A stretch of 58,056 bases of DNA from IMG/VR virus record IMGVR_UViG_3300021373_003097, positions 1 to 58,056 of that record; one strand, written 5' to 3'. The translations under genes and the position numbers were made by a program. Source of the DNA: a virus (taxonomy: Duplodnaviria > Caudoviricetes). This document shows, in pieces, positions 28,562 through 38,428 of the stretch (its first letter is position 1; every line of letters starts with the position of its first letter). Under the pieces are notes generated by a model, which was given only the letters and a program-made list of their open reading frames with translations, searched no databases and was not told where the DNA came from.

Positions 28562-31120
28562 ATGACAGTTTTTACTCAAGCGTTTAACCTCAGCGATAAC
28601 GTTAAGTACATGAACTTTAAGGTTGATACTACTCCTTCTGGAGGAGGTAATGCTACTGCTAGAACTACTCTTGATGATCGTAAAGAGCTGATGCACAAGA
28701 TTCAAGAGTGGATTTCAACTGAAGTAGATAACCAGCAGATCCCAATCAATAATACTCTAGGATGGCAAAGGATTGATGGGGCTGATTCTGCAGGAGCAAT
28801 TCTTAACAACGCGGAAGGCGTCTACAATACCGGCACTGGAAATGCAGTGTATGGATTTTTAAGAGCCAAGTGTTATGACTATGATACTAGTGGACACTGG
28901 AAGTATCTTAGATTAAAGCTGTTTGAAAGAAATGAAGATGATGTTTTTGGGTCCGACGGAGTTAGATACAGGTCCGCTAACAGCGTCTTGGTTTTACGAT
29001 ACGACGTATACTCGGACTGGCCGAATATTACTGCTGAAGACTCAGCCGCGACCGTAGACTCTATCAATGGAGGGTTCAACTCAGCTGAAGCTGATGGATA
29101 CGGATCCACTGATCTTAATGCCGGGACGATCAACGGGGAGATGTATGGAACTGCGAACAATCCAATTGGATTTGATGCAGCTTATAACTCAAACTCAACT
29201 GCATTTAACAATATGGAGCATCCATCGAATAATTATATTTATTGGAAGAGGTACATGTTCGGCAACAATGGTGGTCTCCCCCGTCCAGTGTCTCGCAGCG
29301 CAATGAACTCTACTACATCTACGCTGTCCGCCAATATCGGCCTTTGGCCGGGAGACGGAAGAAAAGGGTACAGTCTCGGACATAACTTCTATCCTCATTA
29401 TTTTGGTGTCACTGGATTTGGAGACAGTGACTTGTCTAAGACTAACTCTTATGGTGAGCTCAAGCTTATCATTGATGGCAATGGAACCTTATGGGGATTT
29501 GGAGATCAAGATAATGTCGGAGCAACTGGAGTAGATAGTGCAAGTGGAACTGGTGGACACAGAGGAGTGAATGCTTCTGGTGCAAACGCCAGATACCTGT
29601 CCTTGTTTGTAAGTCAGCACCAAGACGATAACCCCGAAAGACAAGAGGAGTACAATACTATCTTGTTCGCTGGAGAGTATAAGAAAGAATTTGGTGAACC
29701 AACGGCAAGTGGATCTAACTATATTCATAATGGACTCAAGCTTAACGCTCATAACCTCCTAATGAACAATGGAGTAGCTACACCTCCTAACTACAAGTGG
29801 TTTGAACAGGCCGGACACACCGCTAACAATGATACCCAAAACCAGACACCGTCAACCACTCTTACCAGATCTTCTCTCTACTACACGTTCGCCTCCACCA
29901 CCAATAACGTTCCTAATAATTTAGCGATCAATTCAACCGCCAGTTACAACACTATAGCAAACGGAAACAACTATGCTGGTGACAATGTTAACTCTATCAG
30001 ATCGACTGTAACCAACAACACTAGTATCGTTGAAGGGATCGGGCACTCCTTGATGGGAGATCAAGTCGGTGGCAACCATAGCTTAAATATAGGACTCTAT
30101 CAGAATAGATCCAGATCTGTTGGTCTTGATGGAGACCCAGCCGAGTCAAGATGGAAGAGCGAGATGTCCGGAAACACTGCCCGAAGCACTTCTAGCAATA
30201 ACAATTGGGGCGGAGGCACCTACGCCGGTCAGCATGGTCAGAATCATACCTGGTTGGGCAATGATGGCGCTCAGTTTGCTCTAACCGAATATCCTACTAG
30301 ATCTTTCCAGGGAGGGTGGAGCGCTGGAAACAACATAACTCAAAAAGAATCTATACAGCAGTACGATAACTACACCACTCCGGCTTCCGGAAGACAGGCA
30401 CTTTCTGCTACTAGACTGCATATGGGATATCTTGGATATGTTGGTCATGAAAGCAGCAAGAAAGCTATATCTTTAAATGAAATTTTCTTTGGATCTAGAC
30501 ACGGCATGTTTGGAGACGACGGAGAAGAAGTTCAAGGTACCTTGAGTGCATACTATCCAGGTGATCCAGCGATTCCTGGAAGAGTCTCTACATTTGGACC
30601 TTCTATCCCTCTCGTATCTGATGTGTATGATTCAGCAGAAGGTAACGCTCAAGACACGTATTCCCAAAGTAGAGAGTATGTACAAGAATTTCATCCTTTA
30701 GCTAATGACCAGTCTCAATACTCAGTGTATGAGCCGGTTCTTTCAGTTGGAACCTGGAGGTCGCATGGGCAAAATGAAGCTGAGAATGCTGACTGGATAA
30801 ATGTGACGAATTCAAACGTCGTTGCAGCTATGGCCACAAACACTGCCAATGTCGCCAATAATGATGGCTTTGATCCTGATACCGGAGCATTAGGTACTCC
30901 CGGAGGAACATCAAAGTCCAACAGCGCGTTTGCCATGTTAGGTAGAACATATGGTCTTAAGATCTTTGGCCCTTATACTCACGATAAATATAACTTCTTG
31001 GATGCAGTTTCTATTCAGCTAGATAATGAAGACTTCTATGCGGTCAACCCAAACAACGCGGTTGACCACTGGGTTGTTCCAATGAATCATGATCAGTGTG
31101 CATTCTTGTTTAAAAAATAA
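28562..31120 (+). CDS. hypothetical virion protein, possible receptor-binding protein (852 aa)
   Basis: Long N/G/S/T-rich ORF in the fibre cluster; no recognisable family. Confidence 0.6.
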   Translation: MTVFTQAFNLSDNVKYMNFKVDTTPSGGGNATARTTLDDRKELMHKIQEWISTEVDNQQIPINNTLGWQRIDGADSAGAILNNAEGVYNTGTGNAVYGFLRAKCYDYDTSGHWKYLRLKLFERNEDDVFGSDGVRYRSANSVLVLRYDVYSDWPNITAEDSAATVDSINGGFNSAEADGYGSTDLNAGTINGEMYGTANNPIGFDAAYNSNSTAFNNMEHPSNNYIYWKRYMFGNNGGLPRPVSRSAMNSTTSTLSANIGLWPGDGRKGYSLGHNFYPHYFGVTGFGDSDLSKTNSYGELKLIIDGNGTLWGFGDQDNVGATGVDSASGTGGHRGVNASGANARYLSLFVSQHQDDNPERQEEYNTILFAGEYKKEFGEPTASGSNYIHNGLKLNAHNLLMNNGVATPPNYKWFEQAGHTANNDTQNQTPSTTLTRSSLYYTFASTTNNVPNNLAINSTASYNTIANGNNYAGDNVNSIRSTVTNNTSIVEGIGHSLMGDQVGGNHSLNIGLYQNRSRSVGLDGDPAESRWKSEMSGNTARSTSSNNNWGGGTYAGQHGQNHTWLGNDGAQFALTEYPTRSFQGGWSAGNNITQKESIQQYDNYTTPASGRQALSATRLHMGYLGYVGHESSKKAISLNEIFFGSRHGMFGDDGEEVQGTLSAYYPGDPAIPGRVSTFGPSIPLVSDVYDSAEGNAQDTYSQSREYVQEFHPLANDQSQYSVYEPVLSVGTWRSHGQNEAENADWINVTNSNVVAAMATNTANVANNDGFDPDTGALGTPGGTSKSNSAFAMLGRTYGLKIFGPYTHDKYNFLDAVSIQLDNEDFYAVNPNNAVDHWVVPMNHDQCAFLFKK

Positions 31121-31135
31121 AAAAAGGTCTATATA

Positions 31136-31900
31136 ATGTTTAACCTGCTAAATCGCAAGCCTATCATTGAATTTGTATCTATTGATCCTGCATATTCATA
31201 CATTCCTAAACCTGATAACTCTAGAAAATTTCTTCCAACTTGGATCAAGAGAATGAAGGAGATGACCTCTGAAGGCCAAGATAGTAGAAACCGGAAGCTA
31301 GATACTGTTAGAAAATGCGTGCCTTTTCTCGATGCAATGAAAGCGGGATATATGATTCCCGCACCTTGTGATATCTGGATAAAAGTATATAAAGAAAACA
31401 ATACGTATACAAAAGAAGTCAGGTCCTCTATTAATCTAGGAGGTGAGGTAGCCGAAGTTATAAGTGAACACGCAATACCTCAAATGAGTCCGGACTCTCC
31501 TTATAGAGGCCTGATACTTAAGTTTATTAATGCTTGGAAGATTAATACTAGGCCAGGATACTCTTGTCTTTTTATTAATCCTATTAATCATGGCAACAAA
31601 TACTTTGAATCTTTTGCTGGTGTAGTGGATACTGATAGCTACCACAATATTATTAACTTTCCGTTTAGGATTTTAAATCCAAACAATGAAGAAACGTTTG
31701 AATTTATGATCAAGAGAGGAGAGCCTATTATTCAGGTAATTCCATTTAAGAGATCTGAAGCATATGCAAAGTGCAATGTAAGAGGAGCTAAAGATTTTAA
31801 TGAATGGAAGCATGAGTTAAAAGATAAAGATTATGTTGCTGGTAATTTTTCATGGTATCGTGAGCACACTGTAGAAAAAAAGATTACTTTGGAGAAGTAA
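31136..31900 (+). CDS. DUF6065-like / dUTPase-fold-like hypothetical protein
   Basis: CVPFLDAMKAGY, KFINAWKINTRPGYSCLF, GVVDTD and IKRGEPIIQVIPFKR; AT-rich. Confidence 0.55.
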   Translation: MFNLLNRKPIIEFVSIDPAYSYIPKPDNSRKFLPTWIKRMKEMTSEGQDSRNRKLDTVRKCVPFLDAMKAGYMIPAPCDIWIKVYKENNTYTKEVRSSINLGGEVAEVISEHAIPQMSPDSPYRGLILKFINAWKINTRPGYSCLFINPINHGNKYFESFAGVVDTDSYHNIINFPFRILNPNNEETFEFMIKRGEPIIQVIPFKRSEAYAKCNVRGAKDFNEWKHELKDKDYVAGNFSWYREHTVEKKITLEK

Positions 31901-31903
31901 AAG

Positions 31904-33829
31904 TTGGCTGATAACTATCCATTCGACTCAGATAACGTACCGTACAGCGCAGTCTTTAACCAAGACTATACTGCTGACAGCGCTATAGCTGTTTCTACAC
32001 TATTTTCTACGACTACACCAGTGTCCTTGATCACTATTATTGGTGGAGCAGGTGGTACTTCTGGCGGGGTTGGCGGTACAGGTGGGTCAGTTACAACCTT
32101 AGATACTACCTATAGTGCTTCTCGGGGTTCTTACTCTGGCGGAGATGGTGGAGCTGGTGGCGGTGCTCTTGGTAATGGAGCCGGAGGTGGTGGAGCTGCA
32201 GGATACTCTGGTGCAGGTGGAGATGCTGGATCCGCTGGAACAGGTGGAGCTGGAGGAGGCGGTGGTGCTTCTACTAATCAGCTGTTACTTGGCGGTGGCG
32301 GTGTAGGTCTATTCGGTGAAGGAACATCAGGTGCTGCTGGTACTGATTCTACTGCAGCGGGCGGTGGTTCTTCCTTTACTACGATTCATGGTGATCCATA
32401 CTTAGGTAACGTTACATTACTTCTAACTGGCGATAGCACGATAACCCCAGTTAACTTTGGAAGGTCAGACGGATTCTCTGCTACATATCATAACGCCTAC
32501 CCCGATTCAGCTGGTGCCTTTACAACTGGTAAGTATGGTAGCGCATTCTCTTTCAATGGTGAAGATCAATATATTTCTTTAACCGGTGGGGATTTGTCTG
32601 GCGGTGACTGGACCATTGAGATGTGGGTTAATTATGATAGCATGACTCAATTCTCAGGGCCAATTGCTACTGATATGGATAAGGTACTACCAGCGGGTAA
32701 TACAGCAGGGGAATTTGATTTCCATATTCGAACCACAACCGCGCCTCACCGTATGTCTTTTTTCGTTAGAAATGATGGCAGTTCCCCGACAACTTTTGAT
32801 ATTGAAAATGATAGCGTAGCAATTACTGCTGGAACCTGGCACCATGTCGCAGCTTCATTTGTATCCTCTACTAATACTATATATGTAGGTGTTGACGGTA
32901 CAGTGTCCTCGAGTACGAACGCTGCATTTGCAAGTATTTCATTAGGTGCTGAAGATGCGCTTCAGATTGGCAAAAATAGAACTAACAACCAATTTTTTAA
33001 TGGTCAGATCGATGATATACGGTTAACCAAAGGTGTAGCACGATATACCTCTAGCTATACGGTACCCGCAGCAGCGCATTCTTCAGCACCTGGGGCTAGT
33101 GGAACGGATGGGTTTATTGATAGTGATGGTGCGCTGCTTAATTTTTCTTCAGCCCCCACCGGCACAATCAATGTTATTGACTATTCTACTGCTCCTGTAA
33201 CCAGTGGATTGATCATACATCTTGATGCGGGAGTAACTTCATCATACCCTGGTTCTGGATCAACATGGTACGACATTACTGCAAACAACAATGATTTTAC
33301 TCTTACTAACAGTCCGACTTATTCAAGCGCCAACGGGGGCAAGTTTCAGTTTAATGGTACTAATCAGTATGCCACCGGAGGGCCAAACCTAAGTACGTCT
33401 AACTGTACAACTATTGCTATTCAAAGGTATGCTACTAATAACAATAGCGCTAGAGGTAGAGTTACTGCCGGTAATGCTAACAACTGGCTCTTGGGCATAT
33501 GGGGTAATAATACATCAGTTTACTACGCTAATGGATGGCTTACTCCTACCAATACCGGAACTGATACTGACTGGCACATTCATGCTGGTACTGAAAACTA
33601 CAGTGGCGATTCTAGAGTTTTGTATGATAACAATGCTGTGGTTTCCGGGCAGACTGCTAGCGGTGGTTCTCAGGGACCAAATGGGTTTTCCATAGGTAGA
33701 TGGGGGGCTGGAAGTAGTGAGTATTCAGATTGTGAAGTAGCAGTGCTTCTAGTTTATAACAGGGTGCTTAGTACAACCGAGTTAACTACTATATTCGATT
33801 TCTATAAAAGTAGATTTGGAATTTCTTAA
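31904..33829 (+). CDS. virion protein with a partial Gly-rich domain and two LamG/concanavalin A-like domains (TTG start)
   Basis: DWTIEMWV...WHHVA...FNGQIDDIRLTKGVARY; second domain GLIIHLDAG..SYPGSGSTWYD...VYNRVLS. Confidence 0.8.
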   Translation: MADNYPFDSDNVPYSAVFNQDYTADSAIAVSTLFSTTTPVSLITIIGGAGGTSGGVGGTGGSVTTLDTTYSASRGSYSGGDGGAGGGALGNGAGGGGAAGYSGAGGDAGSAGTGGAGGGGGASTNQLLLGGGGVGLFGEGTSGAAGTDSTAAGGGSSFTTIHGDPYLGNVTLLLTGDSTITPVNFGRSDGFSATYHNAYPDSAGAFTTGKYGSAFSFNGEDQYISLTGGDLSGGDWTIEMWVNYDSMTQFSGPIATDMDKVLPAGNTAGEFDFHIRTTTAPHRMSFFVRNDGSSPTTFDIENDSVAITAGTWHHVAASFVSSTNTIYVGVDGTVSSSTNAAFASISLGAEDALQIGKNRTNNQFFNGQIDDIRLTKGVARYTSSYTVPAAAHSSAPGASGTDGFIDSDGALLNFSSAPTGTINVIDYSTAPVTSGLIIHLDAGVTSSYPGSGSTWYDITANNNDFTLTNSPTYSSANGGKFQFNGTNQYATGGPNLSTSNCTTIAIQRYATNNNSARGRVTAGNANNWLLGIWGNNTSVYYANGWLTPTNTGTDTDWHIHAGTENYSGDSRVLYDNNAVVSGQTASGGSQGPNGFSIGRWGAGSSEYSDCEVAVLLVYNRVLSTTELTTIFDFYKSRFGIS

Positions 33830-33843
33830 GGGATAGATAACTA

Positions 33844-34865
33844 ATGTCTGATAAGGGTTTATATGGTGGAGGTGGCGGTTCAGCCGCATCTAGTGCTTCC
33901 TTAGTAGTAAAGGTGGTCACGGCCAGCGTGGTGCTGTAAGAATCATTTATCCTACTCCAAGTGGACAGAGTGACACTACTACTATTCTTGATAGAGGATT
34001 GCCTGCTCTCGCTGAATCTGTTTCTGTTAATCCAGGTGGACACCTTTACACAACTACAGGTACCCATACATTTACTGTTCCTACTGGCGTTACGTCTATC
34101 ACTGCTGTTGCTGTTGGTGCAGGTGGAGGAGGAGGAGGTTCTACGGGATCTACTGGTAGTACTCGAGCTGCTGGCGGCGGCGGAGCGCTTTATTATGCTA
34201 ATGCGATATCTGTTACCCCAGGAGAATCTTTAACAGTAGTCGTCGGCACTAGAGGTTCTGGTGGTGGAACTGGAGGTAGTGGGAGTAACGGAGGAAACTC
34301 GAGTATTGCAAGAGGAGGTACTACTCTTCTTTTAGCTGAAGGTGGTGATGGCGGCACTACATCAGCAGTTAATGGTGGTTTAACGTCGAATTGTATTGGT
34401 GATGGTGGCGGTAATGGTGGAGGCGGTAGTATTTCGACCAGCGCCGGTACCGGAGGAGGCGGAGCTGGAGGTTATAGCGGATCTGGTGGTGCGGCGAACA
34501 GCGCAGGATCTGGCGGCGGCGGTGGAGGCGGTAGTCGTAGGCTTTCTGACCAAAGAACTGGTGGTGGTGGCGGAGTTGGCGTCTACGGTGAAGGCGCTAG
34601 TGGCGGCGCCTCGTCGACGAGTAGCGTCAGCGGCCGGGGAGGTTCAGACGGAAATGGTGGTGGGGTCTCCGCCGCCGGCGCTGGTGGAGCCTATGGTGGC
34701 GGCGGTGGATCACGATTTGATGATGGTTCTGCAGGCGGTGGGGCCAATGGAGCTCATGGCGCCGTAAGAATTATTTGGGGTACTGAAATTACTAGATCAT
34801 TCCCTACAACCAATGTCGCTGTTAGTACAACATACACAAACGGCGAATCCGAGTCGTTAAATTAA
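33844..34865 (+). pseudogene. Gly-rich domain virion protein interrupted by a -1 frame change near 33894-33903
   Basis: ATG at 33844 gives MSDKGLYGGGGGSAASSAS, stopping at 33939. The motif continues in the -1 frame (SSKGGHGQRGAVRIIYP...), which is open from 33894 to 34865 and contains the listed ORF 33999..34865. Confidence 0.65.
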
Positions 34866-34876
34866 GGAATAAGTAA

Positions 34877-35974
34877 TTGGCTTTAAAGTTTCCAGATTCA
34901 GCAGATTCAGCCGACTTAGCGGCAGCAGGCTACAGCCAGGTTATTATTCTGGGTGGTGGGGACTCGACTGCTACAACCTGGACTATTCCTGAAGGCGTAG
35001 ACTCGTTTAGCATTATGGCTATTGGAGCAGGTGGAGCTGCAGGTTACTCTAATTCTACTAGTGCAGGAGGCGGTGGAGGAGGCGGAGGTCTTGCCTACCT
35101 GAACAATATCGCAGTCACACAGGGTGATCAAGAAATCATCTCTATTACTGTAGGTGGTGGGCAGCTAGGTGTGGGAGCCAATTCTGATGGCGGTGATGCT
35201 ACTGACCTAACTGTTACTATGAATCTCACTACTGCCAATCCAGCATTAAACTTATCCGGATATAACATAAATCCATATGGCCAGCAAGAGTTTTTAGATG
35301 CAGATTCAGATGCAAAGGCAATCATGTATATTGGAGCAGCTAGACTCGCTCCTTCGGCATCTAATCTTTTTGATTCATATCCAACTCTCAACCTGATATT
35401 CGATGATAGTGCTTCGTCTACAGCAGATCAGTTTGTATATGTTCAGCCAACTGGATCCTTTGGCACTGCATATCCATTCTCCGTGGGAGTAGATGGAGCG
35501 CAGACGCTATTTGATATTGCAAATGAAGGTGCATTCTCAAGAATTCAATCTTTAGCTGAACCAGATCCAAATACAACAAACAGGTGGGGATATAACCCAG
35601 CGACTTTTAACTACGCTTCTGATCCTAGTACGTACCTTTTCAAGAGAACAGACACCTTGGCTCATCTAGGGACTGACAGTGACCTGTATATTCCTCAAAG
35701 CATTCTTGATGCTGGATTTGCAACTTTAGATGATCAGCCAACAACAGTTTTAGGTACAATCGATTCATTTGATGTTGGAGGAGGAGCCTTTACTCTGTTC
35801 AGCATTTCTAGTGCAATCCAGTCTATTCAGATTGGAAATTTACCAGGACAATCTCCTTATGTTGATAGCGGTGGCACAATCATCATCAGTGCTGTACAAG
35901 ATCCATCGGATTATCAAGGATACGGCCCACCTGACTTAAGACAGATTCTAATTGAAAAAAATCTTACTCCGTAG
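34877..35974 (+). CDS. virion protein carrying the N-terminal third of a Gly-rich domain plus an unknown domain (TTG start)
   Basis: WTIPEGVDSFSIMAIGAGG...GGGGGGLAYLNNIAVTQGD; RBS AAGGA. Confidence 0.7.
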   Translation: MALKFPDSADSADLAAAGYSQVIILGGGDSTATTWTIPEGVDSFSIMAIGAGGAAGYSNSTSAGGGGGGGGLAYLNNIAVTQGDQEIISITVGGGQLGVGANSDGGDATDLTVTMNLTTANPALNLSGYNINPYGQQEFLDADSDAKAIMYIGAARLAPSASNLFDSYPTLNLIFDDSASSTADQFVYVQPTGSFGTAYPFSVGVDGAQTLFDIANEGAFSRIQSLAEPDPNTTNRWGYNPATFNYASDPSTYLFKRTDTLAHLGTDSDLYIPQSILDAGFATLDDQPTTVLGTIDSFDVGGGAFTLFSISSAIQSIQIGNLPGQSPYVDSGGTIIISAVQDPSDYQGYGPPDLRQILIEKNLTP

Positions 35975-35975
35975 T

Positions 35976-35983
35976 TATAAATA
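35976..35983 (+). promoter_or_regulatory. T4-type late promoter
   Basis: Exact TATAAATA. Confidence 0.85.
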
Positions 35984-36010
35984 ATTAGCCAATAAGAGGA
36001 GTGTATTCGA

Positions 36011-36667
36011 ATGGCTTTGACTTTAGACACTTTTAACACAAATGCATATGTAGCTTCCGCTACTACTCTTGCAAATAGAGATGAATATCATTATTTGGTA
36101 AGAGCTGTGCCTGATGAAAATTTTAAGAAAACCATCAAGAGAATATTTAACAAGCCTTTATCTACTAGAGGAGGTGCACTTGGAGATTCTGGAGAGACAT
36201 GGCACATTGTAGTTGCGGCTGACCCAAATCTTGACTCTTCAATAGAAAGTACAGAAGCCTTTAAAGTGTGGTCTTCGCCTAGACTTGTAGTTAAGGAAGG
36301 TATATATGTAGAATCAGATGGTTCCAATCCTATGGACCTCGGCCCAGATGTAGACGAGTTTTTAACTAGAGATCTAGCAGTTGGCCATTCTGACTCCATG
36401 AATTCTGGACATATCTTAGATATAAAAGAAGTATTTGGAGATTCTGCATGGCGAGCACATCCGGATCTGTCTCACTTCTTTGATGCCTCTGGATTCTATA
36501 GATATGATGATACAGCATCAGAGTGGATTGCCGGCTTAATTGGCTTAGAAGAAGTGGATTCTTCCTCTATTTTAAGCATGGTTTCTTCTAGAGAACTTTT
36601 ATTAGGAGAGAATGCTCCTAGTTGGGTAACTGAAGCTTCTAGTGATAGTGCCGCTGATAGCGCGTAG
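36011..36667 (+). CDS. hypothetical late protein
   Basis: Own late promoter and GAGGAG RBS; acidic and DS-rich. Confidence 0.7.
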   Translation: MALTLDTFNTNAYVASATTLANRDEYHYLVRAVPDENFKKTIKRIFNKPLSTRGGALGDSGETWHIVVAADPNLDSSIESTEAFKVWSSPRLVVKEGIYVESDGSNPMDLGPDVDEFLTRDLAVGHSDSMNSGHILDIKEVFGDSAWRAHPDLSHFFDASGFYRYDDTASEWIAGLIGLEEVDSSSILSMVSSRELLLGENAPSWVTEASSDSAADSA

Positions 36668-36668
36668 T

Positions 36669-36676
36669 TATAAATA
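36669..36676 (+). promoter_or_regulatory. T4-type late promoter
   Basis: Exact TATAAATA before gp13. Confidence 0.85.
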
Positions 36677-36705
36677 TATGTAACTAGCCCTTAAGAGGAA
36701 GAAGA

Positions 36706-37461
36706 ATGCCACAGCCAAGTAGTAGAGACGAATTAATTGATTACTGTCTGAGAAGACTTGGTGCGCCGGTAATCGAGATTAACGTTGATATAGATCAGCT
36801 TGAAGACAGGACTGATGATACACTCCAGCTGTTTCAGGAATACCATACTGATGCAGTTGTCCGTACCTTTCTCAAGCACCAGGTTACAGCAGACGATGTA
36901 ACTAATGGATATGTTACTGTCGATGATAGTATTACCTATATCAAGAAGCTGTTCCAAATTAACTCTACTGGTGGATCTTCTGCCGGCATGTTCGACATCA
37001 AGTATCAGATCTCCTTAAATGAGATCTACGACTTGAACACCTTTATCGGTGACTTAGCTTATTATGAGCAGATCAAGCAGTATCTAACTTTAATTGATAT
37101 GCAATTGACTGGCTTTCCTCAGATTGACTTTAATCGTCACCAGAATCGTGTTTACATTCACGGTGAGTTCTCAGAGGAGAACATTAAGGAAGGCGCCTAC
37201 TTAGTATTTGAGACATTCAAGATCGTTGATCCTGAAACATATACCGACGTCTATAATGATATCTTTGTCAAGGAGTACCTGACACAGGCTATCAAGCAGC
37301 AGTGGGGTGCAAACCTTATTAAGTTTGAAGGTATGCAGCTTCCAGGTGGAGTGATGCTAAATGGCAGACAGCTCTACGATGATGCTACACAAGAGATGCA
37401 GAGACTAGAGGAAAAGTTAAGAAACACCTATGAGCTTCCTATCGACTTTTTCGTAGGATAA
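36706..37461 (+). CDS. gp13: neck protein gp13
   Basis: LIDYCLRRLGAPVIEINV...KQQWGANLIKF.GMQLPGGV.LNG. Confidence 0.95.
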   Translation: MPQPSSRDELIDYCLRRLGAPVIEINVDIDQLEDRTDDTLQLFQEYHTDAVVRTFLKHQVTADDVTNGYVTVDDSITYIKKLFQINSTGGSSAGMFDIKYQISLNEIYDLNTFIGDLAYYEQIKQYLTLIDMQLTGFPQIDFNRHQNRVYIHGEFSEENIKEGAYLVFETFKIVDPETYTDVYNDIFVKEYLTQAIKQQWGANLIKFEGMQLPGGVMLNGRQLYDDATQEMQRLEEKLRNTYELPIDFFVG

Positions 37462-37465
37462 GATC

Positions 37466-38428
37466 ATGGCTACAAACCTCTACTTCAGTCAAAAAGTAAA
37501 ATCAGAGCAAGATCTATACGAGAACATCGTCATCGAATCTTTAAAGATGTACGGCCAAGATCTTCTATATCTTCCTAGAACAATCATAGCTCAAGATAAC
37601 GTGTTTAGAGAAGACGTAACTTCAAAGTTTGAAGATGCATATCAAATAGAGATGTATCTTGAAAACATTGATGGCTATGCTGGAGATGGAGACCTGTTTA
37701 CTAGATTTGGCGTAGAGATTAGAGATCAGGCCAACTTTATAATGTCTAAGAAAAGATGGGATGAAACGATGCAAGATGCGTTGTCATCTCAATTGAGACC
37801 TTATGAAGGTGACTTGATCTATATACCGCTTACTAACTCTATATTTGAGATCACTAAGGTAGAAGATGAAAGACCTTTCTACCAGCTATCTAACCTTCCT
37901 GTTTATCGATTAACATGCGAGCTCTTTGAGTACAGCGGCGAGGCGTTCAATACTGGTCAGGAAGTCGACATTATTGAAACCAACTTTGCGTTCCAGACTA
38001 TCCTTGCACTTTCTGACAGCGCCACTACGTCTCTCGGTGGAAGCATTAGTCTAGACAGCGCTGACATGACGCAGTACATTGGAGAACTGGATAGCTCCGG
38101 TACAATCACTCAGACCTTAGCAAATAATGTTACTATATCTGGAGAGATGGTGAAGTTTGAGGGCGCTCTATATGAATCGGATGGATCTGGCAATGAGGTA
38201 CTCACAAGCCCAGCTAAGCTGTATCTTGCAAATGTTGGAGCAGATGACGGACTGTACCATACGTTTACTGCCGGTGCATTGAACTTATCAACAGGGAGCT
38301 TGATCTATGCAACAGCTTCTAGTGAGAACATGCCAGATATTGATAATCAGCAGAACGATGCATTTGAAACTTCTGGAGACGACTTCTTAGACTTCAGTGA
38401 AAGCAATCCGTTTGGAGAACCTACGTAA
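37466..38428 (+). CDS. gp14: neck protein gp14
   Basis: EQDLYENIVIESLKMYG.D..YLPR, RPYEGDLIY.P, FYQL...Y.L.CELFEYS, and C-terminal DFSESNPFG. Confidence 0.95.
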   Translation: MATNLYFSQKVKSEQDLYENIVIESLKMYGQDLLYLPRTIIAQDNVFREDVTSKFEDAYQIEMYLENIDGYAGDGDLFTRFGVEIRDQANFIMSKKRWDETMQDALSSQLRPYEGDLIYIPLTNSIFEITKVEDERPFYQLSNLPVYRLTCELFEYSGEAFNTGQEVDIIETNFAFQTILALSDSATTSLGGSISLDSADMTQYIGELDSSGTITQTLANNVTISGEMVKFEGALYESDGSGNEVLTSPAKLYLANVGADDGLYHTFTAGALNLSTGSLIYATASSENMPDIDNQQNDAFETSGDDFLDFSESNPFGEPT

